From Thecamonas trahens ATCC 50062 (lineage: Eukaryota > Protista > Apusomonadida), in NCBI RefSeq assembly GCF_000142905.1, contig NW_013657666.1, positions 320,631-384,630 on the forward strand: DNA of 64,000 nt, in the 5' to 3' direction. Position numbers and translations under genes: made by a program. How positions within the stretch are numbered: the stretch's first letter is position 1; each line of letters starts with the position of its first letter. Positions 34,401 to 41,983 of the stretch are shown here, piece after piece. Below the pieces are notes generated by a model that did no database searches, had not been told where the DNA came from, and worked only from the letters and a program-made list of their open reading frames with translations.

Positions 34401-35521
34401 AGGTAGCGACGATCGTCGATGAGCCGGCGAAAGTTGGCATCACCCTTGGTAATGACTCCAGCTGAGGCTGAGAGCTGAGCTGCTAGCTCGGGCGCGGCTG
34501 CAGCCAGGTCGGCAAACGGCAGCGGCGAGGTGAAGAACGAGTGGGCGACAACCCGGAGCCGCGGCGAATCGAGTGTCGGATCCAAAAGAGCCGCCAGCTC
34601 GGGTGCTCGCTCTGCCAGGACCTCCAGGTGGGCATTGACATCATGCGGCATGGCATCCGAGACAAAGACCGGCTCGGCCTTGGCGTAGAAGACAATGTCA
34701 GTGGCGACGCCGGCGCGGAGGAGGACGACAGCCAGGAGGAGGTCGGCAAGCAGCTCGTGGCCGCAATTGTCAAGAATGATGGCGATTGTGCCGGCGCTGG
34801 CGGCGACAGCGCGAAGCCACGCGTCGGAGTCGTCTTGCAGGAGCGCAGCGGCGTTGTCTGCGTCAGAACGGCTGGTCGACGCTGCGTCGACCGCGCCAGC
34901 CGAAAGCGAGAGATCGCCACGATTGCCCCACAGTGCCAACTGAAGATAGTGTGGAAGTGCATCGCGGGCAAGCGCCTGATCGGCACCGGTGCGGATGTCG
35001 TCGGGCATGGCCGCGAGCGCAGCATCAAGCCAGGGAAGTGCGGCAGCGAGCGATTTGGCCTTGTGCGGTGCAAACATGTCCGATCCTTTGGCAGAAGCAA
35101 CGATGGCGCGCATGTGGGCATAAAAGCAGTGCTCGACGTGAAACCAAGGGAGAGAGAGCCACGTCTGGTCGCCGTCAGCATCATCTCCGTGACTAGCGCA
35201 GTAAGCCCTGCCCCAAGCACCCGGCGCAGCCTCCATCGGCACATGCCCCTCAGCAGCAGCCGTCCGTAAAGCAATGAGCCTCTTTTGCGCAGCCTTGCGG
35301 GCCGTCGCCGAGGCCTCTGGCCCGTGCCACGCCCCCTCGGCCAGCACCGAGTCGACGATGCCCGGAAGTCGGACAAGGATGGAGTGGACCACAAAGTCGT
35401 CGTCGTCGGTTCCACGCACCTGCGGAAGCTCTTCGAACAGCGGTGGCTCCACCACATGCACCAGCTCATGCCCACGCGACACAGCATTGCCATGTCGTAC
35501 TTTGGAGCTTGTTTTTCCCAT
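31445..35521 (-). CDS. ARMT1/DUF89 phosphatase - F-box - ankyrin repeat fusion protein
   Basis: Start MGKTSS at 35521. DUF89 motifs LWGNRGDLS, ILDNCGHELLADL, PVFVSD and KGDANFRRL. F-box (VPIEIWCEIMKFVD...TCRLLR). Ankyrin repeats (GRTPLIEAAACGH...LLAAGAD, GRTALYWG). No stop codon between the domains. Confidence 0.85.
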   Translation of the reverse strand: MGKTSSKVRHGNAVSRGHELVHVVEPPLFEELPQVRGTDDDDFVVHSILVRLPGIVDSVLAEGAWHGPEASATARKAAQKRLIALRTAAAEGHVPMEAAPGAWGRAYCASHGDDADGDQTWLSLPWFHVEHCFYAHMRAIVASAKGSDMFAPHKAKSLAAALPWLDAALAAMPDDIRTGADQALARDALPHYLQLALWGNRGDLSLSAGAVDAASTSRSDADNAAALLQDDSDAWLRAVAASAGTIAIILDNCGHELLADLLLAVVLLRAGVATDIVFYAKAEPVFVSDAMPHDVNAHLEVLAERAPELAALLDPTLDSPRLRVVAHSFFTSPLPFADLAAAAPELAAQLSASAGVITKGDANFRRLIDDRRYLVTTPAASVIDYAWAPLLAVRTTKSPVAIGLYKDAVEAAAERNPTWCVDGSHGMMIFAPRASPEGGLTVADVPIEIWCEIMKFVDWESRIAAGHTCRLLRAAAHDILFWKPHIKRYFPRAIIKPPSEASYPSQWLARLVGERDTAIKDIGLSDHHNRNNWRTAIYLLLALHPHPLFIDPKLYRSHLDDFATSQTTSSLDGWRGTPLFHLAIRWRSLGLFRLLFEVEAESHHGLNSAYVGRTPLIEAAACGHTDMVAELLAAGADCAADPSQAGRTALYWGLQGRYWDMCDMLLQADPNQLTDATAYEMLMRSVRTKDLRLVNYLCMHKAHVVNMVAAAQASIITGAVEADSSGATLDALFAHAPDADVNRPCVLMPVLAAARVGEPRLLLRLVLGHGARLTEAKAEVMSPPLVMGCSWIDNLCAPVAALVHATVSGSRLMVRLVWALTLAELAPECDVVDAAAAAGIFADSNNVTEVSCIQLLETVFPLALSSLDLESVRERIFISFSDALLFAFRCTPRPELYAMISLLLDLLQQTGPRPQPGALKPQVLDMLYKCERHLSSSEVVELCHGLVAAGADPFADNETARSTAPFIHDLLKMSSLWSADFRSEQLGAVTCRTLPKLLHPSDAALGLLATTVRSVPNGFDLVLDQGCAAVAGRDAKTLAAFVALADKFDSRDKLLAALAQPVTTTQLVRAPWSSAIPIQASAWHFAAAAACVDSGRMLAELEVPVPDDILWLMLAPLAGYFDVAMEDRLPAFCAVLVELSPGIFATTEIDPPPRLDNVPFNGKYGTDWSDAVRLAIATGLPGVVACAVRSLPADTPRRPGLMVLVVRLAVNAIRGYLPPAAAPGFAAMIATLADVPWTGHVDDVLDARAGIVAFLANPDVRVKQKLSMPTKASGAGCSGYTYKHAGQFLSSMDAELDLAPAHTALAHLDAALLTYLGNASDVEAVIASHTLSTAAEELLASLGGPLSPALEPSVELID

Positions 35522-36116
35522 GCTGACCGTGAGGAGAGTGAAGAGTGACTGAGTGGGAGTGAGGGGGGAGGGAGGAAGGTCGTCGCGTGCACGTGCACAC
35601 CGCAAAGGCGAGCCGGAAAGGAAGGTAGGGATAAGGGGGTTGGCAGAAGGATCATCAGCAAGGGCTTCGGCAAGGGAGGATCGACAACGAGAGCGTGGCA
35701 AAGAAGATGAAGAAAGGCGGCTTGGGTTGGCTTCCTTGAGCTCGCAGCGATGGTGACAACGGCGCGCGGCGGCGGCGTGCGTCGGGGTCTGGACAGGACG
35801 GCAGCGATGCGCGGTGTGGATGGGTCTAGAGGCAGACGGCACACAACCTGGGTTGGCCACGGGTGCCGATAGAGGGTGTGGAGGGTGGGTGATGAGGCAA
35901 AAAGGAAGATCGTGCCCTTCCATCGGGAGTTCTGGCCTTCGAAGAGCCGGGAGCGCCGCACAGAGCGGCAGCCGAGCCTTCGAGGAGCATCTCGACGAAA
36001 GACGACGATCAGGAGTNNNNNNNNNNNNNNNNNNNNNNNNNNNNNNNNNNNNNNNNNNNNNNNNNNNNNNNNNNNNNNNNNNNNNNNNNNNNNNNNNNNN
36101 NNNNNNNNNNNNNNNN

Positions 36117-36557
36117 AGGGCGGCCGCGGTGGTACGGACACTTGCTGACACATCATGCCCCTCATCCCATCTCTTTTCTCCTCCTCCACTCACCATCATC
36201 TCCACGCCCACAGGCAAGTCCAAGTCGCGCACGCGCTCCTCGCGCGCCGGGCTTCAGTTCCCGGTTGGCCGTATCCATCGGTTCCTCAAGGAGGGCCGCT
36301 ACGGCAAGCGCATCGGCTCGGGTGCTCCGGTCTACCTCGCTGCTGTCCTCGAGTACCTCGCGGCTGAGATCCTCGAGCTCGCTGGCAACGCTGCCCGCGA
36401 CAACCGTCGTGCGCGCATCAACCCGCGCCACATCCAGCTCGCCATCCGCAACGATGAGGAGCTCAACATGCTGCTCAAGGACGTCTCGATCGCCCAGGGT
36501 GGTGTCCTCCCCAACATCCACGCCGTCCTCCTCCCCAACAAGTCGAAGAAGAAGTAA
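36117..36557 (+). CDS. H2A: Histone H2A (start lost in N-gap; intron 36132-36213)
   Basis: [19 protein letters not shown]...[28 protein letters not shown]...[14 protein letters not shown]...GGVLPNI. Intron GTACGG..CAG. Confidence 0.97.
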   Translation, partial: RAAAVVRTLADTSCPSSHLFSPPPLTIISTPTGKSKSRTRSSRAGLQFPVGRIHRFLKEGRYGKRIGSGAPVYLAAVLEYLAAEILELAGNAARDNRRARINPRHIQLAIRNDEELNMLLKDVSIAQGGVLPNIHAVLLPNKSKKK

Positions 36558-36619
36558 GCAAGCTTCGCCTTTCGGCTCGCGCACGCGTGCTCTGGACCTA
36601 ACACGTCCTACAACAACCT

Positions 36620-36637
36620 GCGCTCTTCTTAGAGCGC
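36620..36637 (+). other. Histone 3' UTR stem-loop (variant)
   Basis: GCGCTCT-TCTT-AGAGCGC, preceded by CAACAACCT and followed by ACCC, 62 nt after the H2A stop. Confidence 0.7.
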
Positions 36638-36710
36638 ACCCCCGTTCTCCAGCGAGGGCAGAATAACACAATCGATCCATGTCACACTGCAGTCCCTGGC
36701 GATGCTTTGT

Positions 36711-39031
36711 TTACAGGTTGTCGGTCACATCAGCTGTCCAGCCCATCTTGTCAAAGTCGTCGGCAGCAAAGGTGAACCGCAGCTTCTTGAAGACCACATC
36801 CATGCCCTCGGGCAGATCACCGGTCTCGTTGCCGGTGTCGAGACCAATCGACGGTCGGCGCGCTTTGGCCGATGCCTTGGGCGGGACAAGCGGCGGCGGG
36901 AGAGCGTGCACCTCGACCGCGTTCCAGTCGAGATCGGCAAAAACGGATGGGCGCGAATCTGCTCCGAGGTGTACCGCTCGGCTGCATCCTTGCACAAAAG
37001 ATGGACAATGAGGTCGGCCGCCGCCGGCGACACATCGTCAGGCAGGCTCACCTCGTTGTTGAGGATCTCGTTGAAGAGCTCATTACGGTCCGAGGCCGGG
37101 AACGGCAGCTCGCCGGTGATCATCTGGTACATGACGACGCCAAGACCCCAGATGTCGACAGCCTGGCCGTAGGCCTCACCGAGCACAACCTCGGGAGCAA
37201 GGCATGAAAAGGTGCCGCAGAGAGTGCGGGTTGTCTGTCCTCCAGCAAGTCCGCCCTTGGCCAGCCCAAAGTCGCAGATCTTGACGTGACCCGAGGAGTC
37301 GAGCAGGAGGTTCTCCAGCTTGACGTCGCGGTGGATGATGCCGTGCTGGTGGAGGTGATCGAGGCCGGCAAGAACCTCTGCGGCGTAGAACTGCGTGCTC
37401 GCCTCGTCAAACTTGCCGGCTGCCTTCCAGTGGTCAACAAGATCGCCACCCTCGACGTACTCCATGACAAAGTGCAGGTCTGCTGCCGTCTGGAAAGCGA
37501 GGTGCATGCGAACAAGCGCGGGATGGCGCAACGTCCGCAGGACGACGGCCTCGGTCTGGGTGTGCTCGAGCTCGTCCTTATCGACGATGCTCTTCTTGGA
37601 AATGGTCTTGATGGCGTAAAGGTTTGGCTTGGATGACCGGTCGTCACGCTTCTTGGCGAGGTCGACCCGCCCAAAGGCACCGCGGCCCAGCTCACCGAGC
37701 ATCTCCCAGTCGTCGATGGACATCGAGACCGATGATCGCCGCCGCTTGTAGTCGGACGAGACGCGAAGGTTAAAGTGCCGGATGGCGTCTTCGGCGTCAA
37801 GGTCGTCGGCAAACTCCCAAAACGGAGGCTGGTCCGGAAAGCCCTTGAAGGTCACCAGGTACTGCAGTCGGGACTGCTTGATCCGCACGTCGAGCACCTG
37901 CCCGATGGCGTAATCGTCATCCGACTCGTCGTCTGACGAAGAGTCTGACTCGGACACGGCCGTCGTCGTAATTGCCGGTGCAGCCTCGGGTTTGAGGGTG
38001 GGCTTGGGCTCGGTTGCGACTTCAGGCTCGGCTGCAGCTTGAGGCTCCAGCTCGGCTGTGGCCTCGGGCTCGGGCTCGAGTGCAGCTGCGGCCTCAGACT
38101 CGGGCTCAGGTGCAGCTGCGGCCTCAGACTCGGGCTCGGCTGCAGGTTGGGGCTCGGGCTCGGCTGCGACCTCAGACTCGGGTTCGGGCTCGGCATCGTC
38201 GTCGTCTCCACTCGCGTCGGACGGAGTGGCGGGCTCAGCCGGATCATTAATGGTCGACGATGCGCAGTGCTCGTTGAGCGCAGCAATCCACTTGTCATTG
38301 AGCGCAGCAATCCACTTGTCATACTCTTCGGCAGAGTCGGCAGAGATGAGGAAAGCCTTGCCCTCAGCAGACGTCAGTTTGAACGCGTGCGGGTGGTTCT
38401 TGATCTCGGCGGCAGCAAGTGTGGCTCCCTCGGCGATGTTGAAGCTTCCCTTGGGCGCAGCGGTGCCGTCGTCCTCGGCATAATACGAGAGCTCCGAGTC
38501 GGCCGCAAGCACAAACCACCGCCGCCTCCAGCTCTTCCGCAGATGGCCTTGCTTGGTCAGCCAGCCACAGACAACAGGCTCGCAGCCTGCAGCGTCGGGC
38601 GCAGCAGCAGCAGCATCCGCGGCAGCCTCACCCTCCGACTTGCCCTTTTTGGCCTTCTTCTTTCCGTGGGCGCCGCTGGCTCCGTTAGCCGACGATGATG
38701 CCGGCGCCGGGGCTAGCTCCTCCCATGGCTTGGTCTCGTCGACTGCGTCGGGATTAGCCTTGAGATGAGCCTTGAGATGGCGTTTGCAGAAAAAGGCACC
38801 GCCCGAGACACGCATAGCCTTCTTGGATGGACCCTTACCGCAGACCGAGCACACAAAGCACGTCCTGTGATACCACCCTCCGTCGTACTTCTTCTTGCTC
38901 ACCTCCTTGGCCACAGCCGTGCCGCACAGCGCGCATGTCTTGGCCGCCACCCCGCAAACCGCAAATACACCGTATCTCCTTGTTTCAGCCCCAGCTACCC
39001 GCTCCACCATCACCGTCATCCGCCCATCCAC
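36711..39031 (-). CDS. AGC-family Ser/Thr kinase with LIM, PH and chromodomain (frameshift at 36939-36943; 5' end uncertain)
   Basis: LIM (CALC..YHRTCFVCSVC..FCKRH), PH (GWLTKQGHLRKSWRRRWFVL..WIAAL) and chromo (YAIGQVLDVR..YLVTFKGF..WE) domains. Kinase motifs LGRGAFG, YAIK, HRDVKLEN, DFG and TLCGT..APE. Adding one T restores HPFFADLDW and the AGC tail, ending at 36711. Confidence 0.88.
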
Positions 39032-39548
39032 CAGTCATGCGCCCCCACCCCCGTTCCCATCCCATCCCATAACGCCTGTAAGTGTCCAACGGGCGTCGGC
39101 GTGCACACTNNNNNNNNNNNNNNNNNNNNNNNNNNNNNNNNNNNNNNNNNNNNNNNNNNNNNNNNNNNNNNNNNNNNNNNNNNNNNNNNNNNNNNNNNNN
39201 NNNNNNNNNNNNNNNNNNNNNNNNNNNNNNNNNNNNNNNNNNNNNNNNNNNNNNNNNNNNNNNNNNNNNNNNNNNNNNNNNNNNNNNNNNNNNNNNNNNN
39301 NNNNNNNNNNNNNNNNNNNNNNNNNNNNNNNNNNNNNNNNNNNNNNNNNNNNNNNNNNNNCCGCCATCTCCATTGCTATGTTCCACCACAACACGCAGCT
39401 TTGGCATCCCTACTTCCACAGGTGCGAGTTACGTGCTCGGATCCCGTCCTTCCCTCCCCCCCCCCCCTCGCCCGCCGCTGTCCTCTCTGGCTCCTGTCCA
39501 CCTCCCTCAACTGGCTGCTCTCCTACTCAATTCGCACGAATTTGCCAA

Positions 39549-39930
39549 GCCATCATCATGGCCAACGAACGGTCCATTAATCGTGGCCGAGCCATAGTCA
39601 TGGCCAACGGTTCATTAATCGTGGCCGAGCCATAGTCATGGCCAACGGTCCATTAATCGTGGCAGAGCCATCATCATGGCCAACGAACGGTCCATTAATC
39701 GTGGCCGAGCCATAGTCATGGCCAACGGTCCATTAATCGTGGCAGAGCCATCATCATGGCCAACCGTTCATTAATCGTGGCCGAGCCATAGTCATGGCCA
39801 ACGGTCCATTAATCGTGGCAGAGCCATAGTCATGGCCAACCGTCCATTAATCGTGGCAGAGCCATCATCATGGCCAACCGTTCATTAATCGTGGCCGAGC
39901 CATAGTCATGGCCAACGGTCCATTAATCGT
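39549..39930. repeat. 38-bp minisatellite, 10 units
   Basis: Consensus GCCATAGTCATGGCCAACGGTCCATTAATCGTGGC(C/A)GA. Two units are 42 bp and the last is truncated. Confidence 0.95.
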
Positions 39931-40095
39931 TACCCTGCCAGTGCGCTTGCCAATAGCCGGCAGCGAATCAATCGTTTGTCGGCCAGCCACCATTTCCTCC
40001 ACCAACGCCCAAACCAAGCAGAGTGCCAATATCTCACCCCTGCCTGCCGTACACACCCTCTCCCGCGGCAAGGGCAAGAGCACGACCGGTAGAGA

Positions 40096-41970
40096 ATGCC
40101 GCAGACACCGGTAGGAGAAAGACAACCAAGACGCCCCCGTGGAAGTAGAGCCGCGGCCTCGCCACGGAGAAGCAGGCACCAGCAGCAGCAACAGGCGAGG
40201 AAGGAGGACGGAGGAAGAAGCAAGGAAGACGGGATCGAGGGCGAGATGATGGTGGCAGAGGCAGTGCAAACACCGCGAAAGAGACGAAACAGGCCGAGCA
40301 GTGGTACCCACGTTGCTGCGGGTCTTGCAAGTCAGCGATCGACGTCGTCAACCCGATCGCGCCGACAGAGCGGTCATGGATCTCGCGTTAAGGACAAGGA
40401 AGAGAGGCTGCCGCTACTCGGCTCACCATCACGATCGGTGCAGCGGACACGACGGCAGCGCCCATGGCGTCGACAAGCGGCTGGTGGCGATACCGGAAAA
40501 GCGCCGGCATATCGGGTCCTGGACTCGGTGCGGAAGGAGAGTCGGCGCGAGGAGACGAGCCGGAGGCGCAACGCCCGCCCGCCGCCGGCCTCGGGCCGTC
40601 GCCGCAGACGACGCAAATACAAGCGATCGTTCGTCCCGCGGACCGCGCAGTTTGGTCCAAAGTCTGAAGCTCCCGATCGGTTCTATGACACTGATGTCGA
40701 CCGTCGGGCCAAGGGCGTGCTGTCATGGAAGACCCAGCCAGAGCGCAAGGCTGAGTGGCTGGAGCGGTCCAAAGTTGTCGACGCTGACTATGACGTGGCC
40801 TCAGCGCACCGCGTCGTTGAGCCACGAGTTCGCGTGGGACCATCGTTTGACACCCAAAAGGGCCATGAAATTGCGCTGTATGACCTCGTTGATGTCGTCT
40901 ATGATCAGCCGCGCCAAGACCGCCAGCGGTCAATCAACATGGCTGCCATGACCGCACGCGACGACGCCGCACTCCGCCGCAAGACTGATGCGCCCGACGT
41001 CTCGTACGAGCCGTACGATCCCAACCTCGAGGATGCCTCGCGCCGAGCCATGGACTACTCGCGCTTTCGCGGCCGCGATGAGCTGTTCGAGACTGGCAAT
41101 GCTGTGGACGCCATCTACGACGCCAAGGTCAATGACAAGGTCAAGCTCACACCGCGGATGGACAAGCAGGCCGCCCGGGGCAAGCTGTTTGACACGTCGA
41201 ATGCGGTCGACAAGGTGTACGACACTGAGGACGGCATCCGCGTCACTCGCAAGCGGACAGGCCAGACCATGCTCAAGATGGACAAGCAGCTGTCGCGGCC
41301 GTCGCAGGTCTTGGATGTTGTCGATGTGGTGTACGATGTCAAGGACGGCGACCACAAGCCGAACGTCAACTTTAGCAAGATGAAGGCACGCGACGACGCC
41401 GCACTCCGCCGCAAGACTGATGCGCCTGACGTCTCGTACGAGCCGTACGATCCCAACCTCGAGGATGCCTCGCGCCGAGCCATGGACTACTCGCGCTTTC
41501 GCGGCCGCGATGAGCTGTTCGAGACTGGCAATGCTGTGGACGCCATCTACGACGCCAAGGTCAATGACAAGGTCAAGCTCACACCACGGATGGACAAGCA
41601 GGCCGCCCGGGGTAAGCTGTTTGACACCTCGAATGCGGTCGACAAGGTGTACGACACTGAGGACGGCATCCGCGTCACTCGCAAGCGGACAGGCCAGACC
41701 ATGCTCAAGATGGACAAGCAGCTGTCGCGACCGTCGCAGGTCTTGGATGTTGTCGATGTGGTGTACGATGTCAAGGACGGCGACCACAAGCCGAACGTCA
41801 ACTTTAGCAAGATGAAGGCACGCGACGACGCCGCACTCCGCCGCAAGACCGATGCGCCCGACGTCTCGTACGAGCCTCGCGACGACGTCGTCCGTCGGCG
41901 TGCGCCCGCCTTTGAGTTTGGCCCGCCCGTCGAGTACTCGTACGAGACCGACTCCGATTCGGAGCAATAA
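40096..41970 (+). CDS. Uncharacterised protein with an Arg-rich N-terminus and approximately 36-aa DxxY[DE] repeats
   Basis: 624-aa ORF with a 432-bp unit at 40954, 41386 and 41818 (partial). The differences I could see between copies are all synonymous in this frame. Confidence 0.8.
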   Translation: MPQTPVGERQPRRPRGSRAAASPRRSRHQQQQQARKEDGGRSKEDGIEGEMMVAEAVQTPRKRRNRPSSGTHVAAGLASQRSTSSTRSRRQSGHGSRVKDKEERLPLLGSPSRSVQRTRRQRPWRRQAAGGDTGKAPAYRVLDSVRKESRREETSRRRNARPPPASGRRRRRRKYKRSFVPRTAQFGPKSEAPDRFYDTDVDRRAKGVLSWKTQPERKAEWLERSKVVDADYDVASAHRVVEPRVRVGPSFDTQKGHEIALYDLVDVVYDQPRQDRQRSINMAAMTARDDAALRRKTDAPDVSYEPYDPNLEDASRRAMDYSRFRGRDELFETGNAVDAIYDAKVNDKVKLTPRMDKQAARGKLFDTSNAVDKVYDTEDGIRVTRKRTGQTMLKMDKQLSRPSQVLDVVDVVYDVKDGDHKPNVNFSKMKARDDAALRRKTDAPDVSYEPYDPNLEDASRRAMDYSRFRGRDELFETGNAVDAIYDAKVNDKVKLTPRMDKQAARGKLFDTSNAVDKVYDTEDGIRVTRKRTGQTMLKMDKQLSRPSQVLDVVDVVYDVKDGDHKPNVNFSKMKARDDAALRRKTDAPDVSYEPRDDVVRRRAPAFEFGPPVEYSYETDSDSEQ

Positions 41971-41983
41971 GACTGCCATGTTA

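Noticed and set aside
35522-36232. N-terminal extension of the 1595-aa ORF across the gap
   Set aside because: It reads through Ns and the H2A upstream region. The ATG at 35521 is the plausible start.
14794-36557. Functional cluster of cell-cycle genes (MOB1, CDK, KNL2, H2A)
   Set aside because: These genes are interspersed with unrelated ones on mixed strands, which is compatible with chance in a compact genome.
39549-39930. CRISPR-like array (period of about 38 bp, palindromic)
   Set aside because: The units are contiguous with no unique spacers, there are no cas genes, and the context is eukaryotic.
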